Assembly (NCBI GenBank): GCA_030141605.1
Contig: JAQGDQ010000468.1
Coordinates: 62,001-126,000, forward strand
Reading direction: 5' to 3'
Length of the DNA: 64,000 nt
Source: Tubiluchus corallicola
Taxonomy: Eukaryota > Animalia > Priapulida
In this document: positions 52,793-62,981 of the stretch, piece after piece
Position numbering within the stretch: the first letter of the stretch is position 1
Layout: every line of letters starts with the position of its first letter
Program-made: the position numbers and the translations under genes
Notes under the pieces: generated by a model
Told to the model about the DNA's origin: nothing
Database searches by the model: none
Seen by the model: the letters and a program-made list of their open reading frames with translations, nothing else

Positions 52793-54112
52793 CTAGAATT
52801 CAATTTCTCCTTTTATTCCAACCTCAACTTCTTTCCATAGGTTTTTCTCGATGATATGAACAATATCAAACACCATTAGGCCATCTGACTTTTCTATATT
52901 CATAGCAATGGATCTACTTAACTGATCGCGGTTGTTGTAGAACTGATCAACAAGGATGCCACCATAAAACTGGTTGTCTCCAAGAATATTACGAATATGC
53001 TTACAGCTACCTTCAACACAATACCAGTCTCCGCTTTGAGCTTCACTATCTGTTTCGTTCCAAACTGCCTCACCTTTCTCTCGGTACTCTTTAATGGTTA
53101 CATTGGTATAGTAGTTACCTGTTGTGTAAAGGTCCATTAACTCAGCATAACCTGTATTTTTGTAGTTAGCAGATGCCCACCCAAAATCTCTTGAAGTGTC
53201 ATATTCATTACTTGCCCAGTTTACACCTACTTCATAATAAGATGGATACCAAGCTCCTGTGTATGTACCATAGCTAATATTCGGATTTACTGCTTTCACT
53301 GCAGCTTTTGATTTAGCCATAAAATCATAAATCACCTGGCTTCTCCACTCGATCCACTCTTTAAATTTTGGTCCGTTAACACGCTTTGCTTTGCCATCGC
53401 TATCTTTTTGCCACTCAAATATATCAGTTGGCCAGTTTTTCACCTCTTTACCAATCGCCTCTTCGAATGCCGCTTTTGATAAATCACTAAAATCGGCCAT
53501 TATACCATCAAATCTAACACGATCGGTAATGATACCATCTAGCTTAGGATACATAGCAGTAACCTCTTCAAGTATTGAAATAATATATGCTTGGTATTCC
53601 ATGTTAGCTGGATTAACCATGGCACTATATTTATTTTTCAAGTTAGTAATACTCGTTAACCCCTGATCGGGTGTATAAACAATTGTAGCCCACTCTGGGT
53701 GGTCAGTATATGCAGGACCAATATCAAAATGATTATGACCGGCGACAAATACATTTAATGAGGCGTGAATTTCCAGTCCTAGTTTATGACCTGTTTCGAT
53801 AAATCGACCAAGAAAATCGAAATCAGCTCGTTTAACTCCTTTCCACTCAGTTAACTCATCAGCTATCTTACTTGAATACAACACGCTACCATCAATTGGT
53901 CTGACATCAACTACAGCATGTGTAAACCCTAAATCGGCAATTTTCTTTAAATAATAGTCGATGCTATCTGGGTAATTAAATCGCTCATAATTAGCTGTAG
54001 CATCAAACCACATTAATTTTTTCTTTTCATCTTTTTGTTCTGCGCTTTGCGTAGTGCAGCTCGATGCAAGCACTAAAACAATACAGACTAGTAGAAAACT
54101 TAATTTCTTCAT
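52793..54112 (-). CDS. GHL10/DUF4985-type glycoside-hydrolase-like lipoprotein
   Basis: Lipobox ASSC; MWFDATAN, DGIITDRVRFD, GAWYPSYYEVGVNWAS. Confidence 0.8.
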   Translation of the reverse strand: MKKLSFLLVCIVLVLASSCTTQSAEQKDEKKKLMWFDATANYERFNYPDSIDYYLKKIADLGFTHAVVDVRPIDGSVLYSSKIADELTEWKGVKRADFDFLGRFIETGHKLGLEIHASLNVFVAGHNHFDIGPAYTDHPEWATIVYTPDQGLTSITNLKNKYSAMVNPANMEYQAYIISILEEVTAMYPKLDGIITDRVRFDGIMADFSDLSKAAFEEAIGKEVKNWPTDIFEWQKDSDGKAKRVNGPKFKEWIEWRSQVIYDFMAKSKAAVKAVNPNISYGTYTGAWYPSYYEVGVNWASNEYDTSRDFGWASANYKNTGYAELMDLYTTGNYYTNVTIKEYREKGEAVWNETDSEAQSGDWYCVEGSCKHIRNILGDNQFYGGILVDQFYNNRDQLSRSIAMNIEKSDGLMVFDIVHIIEKNLWKEVEVGIKGEIEF

Positions 54113-54145
54113 AATAAAAACACATTTAATTTATTTGTATAATTT

Positions 54146-55506
54146 TTAATTGATTTCTATTTCGTCGATAAACAGAAAGGCTGGCTTGTTTTTCGCCGGA
54201 TACCAATCAGGCATTGACCTAGACTGCCTGCAATGACTTTTACATAGCGAGCTTCAATAGCATCATTACCTAAAGAGGCCGCTTCATATGCATAGCCACT
54301 GCTTCGCCATGCCATTAATGTTGCATTTACTGATATGCCGCCTTCCATTATTTCATCCCAACCAATTAACGATCTGCCATGTTTGGCTAAGTAGATTTCA
54401 ATAGTTTGGGTAAAATGACTTTGCAGCTTCTGCTCAGGGGTAAAATGTTTATCTGAAATAAAGCCCAGACTCTTAATTTTTGCCTGGCAGGCTTTACATT
54501 TTTCCCACTCATCTTTCGGGCATTCATCACCTCCAATATGGATGTATTTGGAAGGAAACAAGTCCATGATCTCATCCAGAACATTGTATACAAATTCATA
54601 GGATGATTCTTTTCCAACGCACAATACACCTTCAAACACACCCCATGTTTCTGCTACTTTCATTTCTTTGCCTGTACATCCCAGCTCAGGGTAAGCGGCC
54701 AGTGCGGCTACCATGTAACCGGGCATATCTATTTCAGGAATTACCATGATTGAGCGATCAGATGCGTATTGAACTACATCACGAACTTCTTCTTGCGAAT
54801 AAAAACCACTGTGTGGGATGCCATCATATTCAGATGAATTTCTGCCTATTACCGTTTGTGCTCGGTATGCTCCCACTTCTGTCAGCTTAGGATATTGCTT
54901 AATCTCAATTCGCCATCCCTGATCTTCAGTCAAATGCCAATGAAACATATTCATCTTGTGCATAGCTAGTATATCGATAAAACGCTTGATTGAATCAACC
55001 GAGAAGAAGTGGCGACCCACATCCAGATGAACTCCACGATATGAAAAGGCAGGCTCATCATGAATTAAGACACCATTTATTTGAATTGATTTGCCAATAC
55101 TTTTGCTTGCAAGGGACATCAGTTGCTTAAGCGACTGTAATGCGTAAAAAGAACCTGCTTTTGTGAAAGCTTGAATATGTATCTTTTCACTATTTACATT
55201 CAAATTATAGCCTTCATCATTATCCATTTCCTGATAAGAAAAAAGCACGTCGCACTCAGCACTACTTTCTATAAACTTGACTGAAAAACCGTAATCTGAC
55301 AGATGCTCTTTCAATGCCCAGGCTGTCGGTAAAAAAGTGATATTATCGTAACTGACCTTTATTGCCTTGCCAGACTTCCACACTAAATGCCCGCTGGTTT
55401 CTGTCAGTTTTGTTGGTAAAGGAACAAGTGAAGAACTTTGTGATTCTATTACTGTATCACAAGCTATCAGTCCTATCGCAATAAAACAAATAATAAAATA
55501 CTTCAT
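54146..55506 (-). pseudogene. GH20 beta-N-acetylhexosaminidase with internal deletion and frameshift
   Basis: YRGVHLDVGRHF, HWHLTEDQGWR, HIGGDE present; jumps from GNDAI to the C-terminal ARYVKV; native tail MPDWYP..AFLFIDEIEIN* is in another frame. Confidence 0.8.
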
Positions 55507-55507
55507 C

Positions 55508-56581
55508 TTAATGTTTTATGTGTTTACTAATAATTGGGTATAGGAACTCAGCATATCTTATGAAGCCTAAATCTGTTAAATGAATTCCATCAACTGTAGC
55601 TTCTCCGTCAATACCTATTAGCTTCTCAGGGTTTATATAGCTGAGATGTCGGTCTCCTTTTTTTATAATTAATTGGCAAATAGTCTCTAAGGCTTTATTC
55701 TTCTCGTCCACAACTGTTCTTATCTGTGTGTCAAACTGTGAATGAGGAAAACAAATACTCCCTACTATAACTATATGGGTTTGAGGGTGCTTCTTTCGTA
55801 TGCGCTCTACAAACTCCTCTGTTTTATCATTTAATTGTTGTGTATTTACATTTGGCACAAAATCCAAAACAAAAACAGATGCGTCTGAATCGGCCATCAG
55901 GTCGGCAATTTCATAATCCAACTGACCATTTCCGCTAAACCCCAAATTAATTACTTGTCTGTTTAATTTTCGCCCCAAAACAGCTGTATATGCCATACCG
56001 GGTCGTGAGGCGCATGCGCCCTGAGTGATACTAGTACCATAGAAAACAACCGGCTTACTGCTTTGTGGGGCTTCCATCTTTGGTTTCTCAATAAGAGATA
56101 ATGAATCAACGCCTATTGCCAACTCTTTAAGGCCATCATATAGTGGGAGGTAAAGCATATACTCGCGCATACGACCATCCATATTCTGAATAATGGTTTG
56201 ATTGTTTAGAATGGCATGCGGACGGCCGGTATTGACAAACTGCCAGCGTTCATTCTCATATGCATACAGATCCAGCCCTTTTACTCCCACTGCAGTCATA
56301 TGATTCAATACGACATCATCTGCTAACTTCCATTTGGCTGAAATAGATGTTGAATTAGAGCTAAAACGAATATATAAACCTGCACTATTGGTTCCCAAAT
56401 ACCACAAACGATCACGAATCTCTCCTTCAAGTTGACTGGGTAGTCGCTCATACCTTGCGTTAGTCTTCCCGGTAATTTTGCCATAAACCGGAAATGTTGA
56501 TGCATCGTAAAAGACTGTTTGTGATGCTGTATGAACAGAGACAAGCCCTAGTATTAAACCAATTATTATAACCTTATTCAT
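55508..56581 (-). CDS. SGNH/GDSL hydrolase with N-terminal GxDLY domain
   Basis: GLDLY, YGTSITQG, NLGFSGNG, DGIH. Confidence 0.88.
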   Translation of the reverse strand: MNKVIIIGLILGLVSVHTASQTVFYDASTFPVYGKITGKTNARYERLPSQLEGEIRDRLWYLGTNSAGLYIRFSSNSTSISAKWKLADDVVLNHMTAVGVKGLDLYAYENERWQFVNTGRPHAILNNQTIIQNMDGRMREYMLYLPLYDGLKELAIGVDSLSLIEKPKMEAPQSSKPVVFYGTSITQGACASRPGMAYTAVLGRKLNRQVINLGFSGNGQLDYEIADLMADSDASVFVLDFVPNVNTQQLNDKTEEFVERIRKKHPQTHIVIVGSICFPHSQFDTQIRTVVDEKNKALETICQLIIKKGDRHLSYINPEKLIGIDGEATVDGIHLTDLGFIRYAEFLYPIISKHIKH

Positions 56582-56609
56582 TGTATTTACAGTTTGATCT
56601 CTTTACGGG

Positions 56610-58010
56610 TTATGTCCTCCAAAACCATTTAATGCGCGTGAAGAATGCGGCAAGCAGCATTGCTAAAGTCGTTAATATAACTCCTCTCAAAAAACCTGTC
56701 CACGCATTGGCATTCAGCATATCCAGATAAGGCGTCAGCCGCAACAGGTTTAGTAAAGGCATTACAACTAAACTTGATGCCACATAAGCAATCATTGGGT
56801 TTTGTCCGGCCATTTCAAATCCTTTAAAAACTCCCTTAACCTTGTAGATATCACAAATGATTGAGAATGCTATCATCGCAAAAAATGCTAATCCGGAAGT
56901 CACAAAATAGAAACTGTATGTTGATGAATCTTTACGAATACCACCTTCGTATCCTTCAAAGACCAAACCTAACAATAGCATGTAACTGCCTGCTACCAAT
57001 AGTTTGTTCCATAGTTTACCATTTATGCTTGTCTTATCGTTTAACCAATACAAAGCTGCCAACAGCACAACCGAAAGACCAAGGTTAAGCACCATATAAC
57101 GCATATACAAGCAGTAAAGATTGACAACAATCAATGCAATGGATATGGCGAAAATGGCAATATATTTTGGCTGTCCTTTGGGTGATTCTTTCTGAGTATT
57201 CATTTGCTTAATCCAATCAAGCAAATACTCACCAGCTATTGAACCGGGAATGACGATGAATAAATACTTCAGATAGTAAAACTTGTACATCCACGGTAGC
57301 GGTGACCAATGAAAAAATGAGCTAACCCAAGACTCGGAATTTGAGCTTGCTAAAAATATACCCATCAGAAACGGCAGTATTGCAATACGCCTAAGACTCT
57401 TACCATGCGTAAAAATATAGGCTATCGATACGAATATTGCCATGTTAGCCAAAACCAGAATAATGATATTGCTGAAAGCCATGCTAAATTCCCGATCTTT
57501 GGCATACGGCACTGTCAGTAACATGCCAGCTCCCGCAGCAAAAGCAATAATCTTTATCAACCAATGTCCCCACCTGGGCAATGGTAAAGGCAGGCGCATA
57601 AACATGGGAAACATGAGTATAAACGAAAAAATGGCAATCAACCATGCTTTTGTGTCTTGTGGTGCACTAACAATGTGTGGATACATGTGCTGAATAAAAA
57701 TGGCAAAAAATGTAAGCTGAGCACCACGCACCAAACTGTCGCGGACTAATGCCAGCTTCGAGCTGCCTTTTTCCAGCTTACGTCCCAGTGAAAAGGGGAA
57801 TGCAGCACCCATGGCAAACAAGAAAAACGGGAATACCAGATCGACCCAGGTAATTCCATATCTTAAGCCATCAAATGCATGACTTGGAGGTGGGGTTTGT
57901 GCATGGTACATCCACCCCGGCAATATGCCATAAGCCACTGTTGCAGATAGCACCATAGTTACAATAGCATAACCACGAAAAACATCTAAAGATATAGCAC
58001 GTTGATTCAT
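56610..58010 (-). CDS. DUF5009 / HGSNAT-like membrane acyltransferase
   Basis: RAISLDVFRG, HAQ, GITWVDLVFPFFLF, GQNPMIAY. Confidence 0.88.
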   Translation of the reverse strand: MNQRAISLDVFRGYAIVTMVLSATVAYGILPGWMYHAQTPPPSHAFDGLRYGITWVDLVFPFFLFAMGAAFPFSLGRKLEKGSSKLALVRDSLVRGAQLTFFAIFIQHMYPHIVSAPQDTKAWLIAIFSFILMFPMFMRLPLPLPRWGHWLIKIIAFAAGAGMLLTVPYAKDREFSMAFSNIIILVLANMAIFVSIAYIFTHGKSLRRIAILPFLMGIFLASSNSESWVSSFFHWSPLPWMYKFYYLKYLFIVIPGSIAGEYLLDWIKQMNTQKESPKGQPKYIAIFAISIALIVVNLYCLYMRYMVLNLGLSVVLLAALYWLNDKTSINGKLWNKLLVAGSYMLLLGLVFEGYEGGIRKDSSTYSFYFVTSGLAFFAMIAFSIICDIYKVKGVFKGFEMAGQNPMIAYVASSLVVMPLLNLLRLTPYLDMLNANAWTGFLRGVILTTLAMLLAAFFTRIKWFWRT

Positions 58011-58102
58011 TTATTCCTTTTTATTAATAGTTCATTTCGTTTGTTCCGGCACCACGTCAATAATAAACGTGACACCAGAGTAGTCTCTCTTCACATTATA
58101 CT

Positions 58103-59353
58103 CTAGTATATCGCCACGGCTGTGACAACTGTTCGCTGTTGCCCATCGCTTGGAATAATGGTTTCCTGCCCGTTAACCAACATACATGTTGAGCCACCAC
58201 CATCTAAGTTAATGGCATTGACGCATCCGATTTGACCCAATAAATCAGCAACATCAAAAAGAGATAAACCAGGTGTATCTGGTGTTTGATTTCGTCCCTC
58301 ACACGCGAAGAAAATCAAGTAACCGTGCTTTGTTACACCTATTGCCGAACGTGGATGATTGTAAGTAACCTGAACACCACTTGCATTATCAAACAATTCA
58401 GGCTCCCATGTTACATCAACAACACCATCTTTAATTAACATTGGACCAGCTCCAATTGCTGTTTGAGGTTTCCACTCTGAAGCTCCTTCAGGGAATGTTT
58501 TCGATGGAATTGGTAATGGCTCTTCTCCTGTTTTATTTGGTGCAGGAGCCGGATATGAATAAGTGATATCTCCGTTTGTATAAGCCCATTCGGCAGCAAA
58601 AGATTGTTCTCCAAAGTATCCAAAGCAAGCTTGTGTAGGATAATAAACCTTTGAGTCGCGATAAACCATTGGTTGAGCCTTTTTAATCACCTCTCCGTCA
58701 CGCTTAACAAATCCTAAGGCATTACCTGCATAGAAGTAACCCGCGTTAAGCACGAATGCAGGTTTACCATTGTCAGAGTAAAATCCGCTTGGGGTATGCG
58801 AACCGGATGCCTCACCTAATACATCAAACTTGGCATCGGAATGATTCATATCCGCTACGGCAATATATGCTTTGATTTTTTTACCTTCAAACTCGTTGGA
58901 ATTTTCATAAACTGATAAATACTCTGGCAACTCGCCAAATCTATCAGAAGCAGCCCAACCATGCTCAGAGGGGTCGAATGCAGGAATGGTGTAACTAACC
59001 TTAAACCTAAATGTCGATGTTTGATTACTGTGTTTTACTTTTATTGTTGGATTAGAATTTAAATCATATGATGCTTGCACTTCGTCTGGCTCTACCATCT
59101 CAACCCCATCTGCCAATACAAGTTTTATCTGTACATCACTTACATCCGTATGCTGTTCAAATTGTAAAGTGATAATCTTTCCAAAATTGTCTACTTTTGC
59201 ATGTAACACCTCTGGGGCAATAACTTCGACTTCATTAATTATTTCCGGTGAAAAATTTATCTCTTCACCTTCACTTTCACATGCTGTGCTGTAAAGCAAA
59301 AAACCAAAAAGAAATAGAAGATTGAACAAGCTGCTTACTGAATCATTTTTCAT
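58103..59353 (-). CDS. Phosphodiester glycosidase (NAGPA-like) lipoprotein
   Basis: NAGYF, HPRSAIG, EGR, NLDGGGST. Confidence 0.88.
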   Translation of the reverse strand: MKNDSVSSLFNLLFLFGFLLYSTACESEGEEINFSPEIINEVEVIAPEVLHAKVDNFGKIITLQFEQHTDVSDVQIKLVLADGVEMVEPDEVQASYDLNSNPTIKVKHSNQTSTFRFKVSYTIPAFDPSEHGWAASDRFGELPEYLSVYENSNEFEGKKIKAYIAVADMNHSDAKFDVLGEASGSHTPSGFYSDNGKPAFVLNAGYFYAGNALGFVKRDGEVIKKAQPMVYRDSKVYYPTQACFGYFGEQSFAAEWAYTNGDITYSYPAPAPNKTGEEPLPIPSKTFPEGASEWKPQTAIGAGPMLIKDGVVDVTWEPELFDNASGVQVTYNHPRSAIGVTKHGYLIFFACEGRNQTPDTPGLSLFDVADLLGQIGCVNAINLDGGGSTCMLVNGQETIIPSDGQQRTVVTAVAIY

Positions 59354-59390
59354 AACTTATTGTATTAAAGTTTATCTGGTTACTGGATTA

Positions 59391-60008
59391 TTATCTGATC
59401 TCTAATCTAAACCCTGCTGCTGGAATTCCTTCCGTGTTACTTAAGTTTGTAACTATGTAATTTTTAAAGCCATACCTCACTTCTCTAGGATTTTCAATTT
59501 CATCATGTCAGATGGTTACTCGGCTAGATCCTCCTAATATTTCTGCATTGGCTGTTTTAAACACACCATTGGGCTGTTTGACACTGGCATTGACAATGGT
59601 CTTGTGAGATCCAAATACCGGTTGCCCCCTATATCCTTTTACAGGCATCTCCATATTTGACTGACCGCTACAAAGCCATACCTCACCTATCAAAACATTA
59701 TCAAGCACCAATTTGTCGCCATCACTAATTGTTATTGAATGTGCATCGTGGCTACCAACAGGCGTACTCAGCCACACCTCCCATACGCCATTGGCATTAC
59801 ATTTAACTTTTTGCTTTTTTGAACTCCATGATGCCTGTACTGAAATAGTTTTACCTATTTCTGCCCATCCCCATAATTTCACTTGCGTATTTTGCTGCAA
59901 CACCATATTATCGCCAAGATATGCGGGTAGCTTAACTTTAGCCTGAAGATGATTTAAGCCTATCAAAGCAAATATGAGTAGAGACAATATGTATTTGTAA
60001 TAGCTCAT
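59391..60008 (-). pseudogene. Sialate O-acetylesterase with large internal deletion and in-frame TGA
   Basis: DNMVLQQ, GEVWLCSGQSNME, then jump to the C-terminus ..RVTI*HDEIENPREVRYGFKNY..NTEGIPAAGFR. Confidence 0.88.
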
Positions 60009-60030
60009 GGTATAGTAGTTTAGTGGCTGA

Positions 60031-61461
60031 TTATTTGTTAAGATTCGTTTTATAAACATTCCCGAACGGATCGGTTACATGCACTTCGATTAATGCATTG
60101 GCATCTGCAGGACGCGCTTTAAAAAGATGCGATGTTGGTGTTGGGCCAATCCACTTATAATCTAACTTATCTTTATCAGCATAGATGACACTTACATCAG
60201 GATCGTAGCCTTTGCACTGGGTCATTTCGCCCTGCTTAAGCCCATTTTCGTACCATTCAATGTGCCAGCCGGGTCCCCAGTTCCATACATTGGCAACAAT
60301 CTCTTCCGGGTTATTGCTATCATAACCAACCGAATATAGTTTAAACTGAAAAGACTTGTCATAGCCCACACTCTTGTAAAACCATGACAAAGAATCGCCA
60401 TCAACTTCAAAAACCTGATAACCACAAGGTGTTCCATCGGTACATACTGCTCCTTGCCACCATGCTCCACCTATAGAAGCAATAATATGTTCCTGAACTG
60501 AAGGGGTATGCCTAAGGTTAAGGTTACAATGTTCATGTCCTGATAGTATGTGCGCATTGTAAGGTTCCAAAATTTTATATAATGCATTCCGGTTGCTTAC
60601 CCCTTTTCCCAACTTAGAATAATTAAAAGCATTTCGATCCTCCGTAAGTGAAGTAGGAATGTGCATGGCGACAATGACTAACGATCCTTCGGGGACAGAT
60701 GCCAAATCTTGCTCGAGCCAGCTTAACATCTTTTCTTCGAGGTAACCAATATAAAAGTATTGGTGTCCTAAATAGAAAACACTGTTTAGCACAACATAGT
60801 GGACATTTCCCCGATTGAACGAATAGTATGTAGGGCCAAACGACTCCTCGTAACTCGGTGTCGTATTTTCATTTGAACGATGGTTAAAATTAAGGTCATG
60901 GTTTCCCACAACTCTAAAAAATGGTATCTCTAACTGACCAAGTTTATCAATATATCGTGGATACAGGTGATGTCTATCGGCCACCAGATCGCCACAGTCA
61001 ATACCGAAAAATGTCTTTTTTAAAGGATGATTGTTAAGTAGTTCTTTGCAATCATCAATGGCTTCCTGATAAAAGTCAAACTCTTTGTCTTTGCCTAACT
61101 GAGGATCGGCATGTGCGAAAAATGCATGTTTAGAATCATCCTCAAGCAATGGGGTAAGGTTAAAATTGTAATCTTTTCGTTGTTCTAAATCAACGGGAAG
61201 GTAAAAGGACGGTACGCCCTTGTCGTGGTTAAAATGATAACCGGCAGGAGTTGAAATAAAAACAAACTTGCTTTTATTGCTTAAATCCAGCTGGTATTTT
61301 CCTTTGGAGTCTGTTCTGGTCACAGAAATACCATCGGAAACAACAACATTTGCTATACCTTTATTATCACTCAACACTTTCCCTTTGATGGTTTGGGCAT
61401 TTATCCCTAGACATAGTGATAATAAAATTAAGAGGCTAACAACTACCTGCCATGTTCTCAT
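60031..61461 (-). CDS. Calcineurin-like metallophosphoesterase with N- and C-terminal accessory domains
   Basis: VVVSDG, ADPQ, GD, GNHD, HIP, SGHEH, GAWW, DGTP. Confidence 0.9.
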   Translation of the reverse strand: MRTWQVVVSLLILLSLCLGINAQTIKGKVLSDNKGIANVVVSDGISVTRTDSKGKYQLDLSNKSKFVFISTPAGYHFNHDKGVPSFYLPVDLEQRKDYNFNLTPLLEDDSKHAFFAHADPQLGKDKEFDFYQEAIDDCKELLNNHPLKKTFFGIDCGDLVADRHHLYPRYIDKLGQLEIPFFRVVGNHDLNFNHRSNENTTPSYEESFGPTYYSFNRGNVHYVVLNSVFYLGHQYFYIGYLEEKMLSWLEQDLASVPEGSLVIVAMHIPTSLTEDRNAFNYSKLGKGVSNRNALYKILEPYNAHILSGHEHCNLNLRHTPSVQEHIIASIGGAWWQGAVCTDGTPCGYQVFEVDGDSLSWFYKSVGYDKSFQFKLYSVGYDSNNPEEIVANVWNWGPGWHIEWYENGLKQGEMTQCKGYDPDVSVIYADKDKLDYKWIGPTPTSHLFKARPADANALIEVHVTDPFGNVYKTNLNK

Positions 61462-61481
61462 TGTTCTAATTCTTAGATTAA

Positions 61482-62879
61482 TTATTTAATTTCTTCACCA
61501 ATTGCATCCTCAATGCCTTGCTGCACATACTCCCACTGGTCTTTCTGCTTAAGATGAATCATGTCAAACAAGAAATAGCCATCGCAGGCATTAATAGCCG
61601 CATCCACCGATTGAACAATGGCGCTATTCACGACGTCATCAGGTTCAGTTGCCCATGCTCCATTACCAATATCCGGCCCACCGGCCACAATAGCATCTTG
61701 TCTGATTTTCTCTTTGGCCAAAGAGCAAAATCCTTGTATCGACCATTCAGATGACCCATACACACGTGTAGGTGATGCGTATGCACCAATTAACATGATG
61801 TCCATATGGTCGGCATATCCGGCCTCCTGATACTTTGAACTGGCCCATTGAGGGTAATGCGAGGCTGTATTATAATCGGGGCTTGCCCAATTAACACCAA
61901 CCTCATAATAAGTCGAATACCAACCACCAACGTACACACCAAAGTCGATGCTATTATTAACAGATTTCACACGATTACGCGCTGCTACCATAAAATCATG
62001 AATGCCCAAAGCCCTGAATTCAAGCCATTGTTTGAAATATGGTGGCAATGGTGAAGGTAAATTCCCAACCTCAATACCCGGTGTCATCACATCTTCAGGG
62101 AAGTTCGCAATGCTAAATCCTAAATATTCTTCAAACTTTTGTCTTGAATAACCTGAGAAATCACTCTGGAAATTATCAAATCGACCACGATCGAGGATAA
62201 TACCATCTAATTGGTCATAAGCAGCCAGGTCTTCAAGCATTGATAGCAAATACTCCTGAACTTCATCGTGCAAAGGATTTAAAAATTTTGCTCCAGTGCC
62301 TCCTCTATCCATGGTATTAACAATCCCTGATGTAGTCAGCAATCCAGTCGCCCACTCTTTTTTATCTGCTTCACGGTAAAGCATTCCATGACCACCTAAA
62401 CTCGACATATTTCCGCCTGGCATTGTATTTATTGCTGCATACACTTTTAAATCCAATTCTTTGCTTGCTTCAATAAATGCCTCTAGATAATCCCATGTGG
62501 CAGTTCGCTCAACCTTTGTGTATACCCCTGACACCCATGCTCCAAGCCATTTTACCTGATCCACAATACTTGTTTGAAACAATGCATCTCCACATGTAGG
62601 GCGAACATCAACAACAACATGAGTAAACCCGGACTCTTTGGCCAGTGTTAAATCTCTTTTAATGTTCTCTTTGCTATTGGCAAAGTCAGGGAAGTTTGCA
62701 CCGGCATCAATCCAGATATACCTGGGTTTATCTGCATTATCAGTTTTATCCTCGTCCCACTCCCATTCGTTACTCGTCGAAGAATCATTGCAGGCTACAA
62801 GGCTGATCAACAAGCAAACAGACAATAATGAACTTAGTATTTTTATAGAGTATCTTTGAAATATATTCCTCATGTTCAA
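61482..62879 (-). CDS. GHL10/DUF4985-type glycoside-hydrolase-like lipoprotein (paralog)
   Basis: Lipobox LVAC; IWIDAGAN, DGIILDRGRFD, GGWYSTYYEVGVNWAS. Confidence 0.8.
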   Translation of the reverse strand: MNMRNIFQRYSIKILSSLLSVCLLISLVACNDSSTSNEWEWDEDKTDNADKPRYIWIDAGANFPDFANSKENIKRDLTLAKESGFTHVVVDVRPTCGDALFQTSIVDQVKWLGAWVSGVYTKVERTATWDYLEAFIEASKELDLKVYAAINTMPGGNMSSLGGHGMLYREADKKEWATGLLTTSGIVNTMDRGGTGAKFLNPLHDEVQEYLLSMLEDLAAYDQLDGIILDRGRFDNFQSDFSGYSRQKFEEYLGFSIANFPEDVMTPGIEVGNLPSPLPPYFKQWLEFRALGIHDFMVAARNRVKSVNNSIDFGVYVGGWYSTYYEVGVNWASPDYNTASHYPQWASSKYQEAGYADHMDIMLIGAYASPTRVYGSSEWSIQGFCSLAKEKIRQDAIVAGGPDIGNGAWATEPDDVVNSAIVQSVDAAINACDGYFLFDMIHLKQKDQWEYVQQGIEDAIGEEIK

Positions 62880-62936
62880 TTTTTTGTTTTAACTACAACC
62901 ACAATCCAGTATAATGTATGCTATTATAAAGAATAG

Positions 62937-62958
62937 GCTGCCGGTAATAACCGGCAGC
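62937..62958 (-). other. Intra-operon stem-loop
   Basis: GCTGCCGGT-AATA-ACCGGCAGC perfect hairpin. Confidence 0.7.
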
Positions 62959-62981
62959 TACCCTTTCAATAATTCAATGAA

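Noticed and set aside
59508-59510. In-frame TGA as recoding or selenocysteine
   Set aside because: The gene also lacks most of its catalytic domain, and TGA is a normal stop elsewhere in the window
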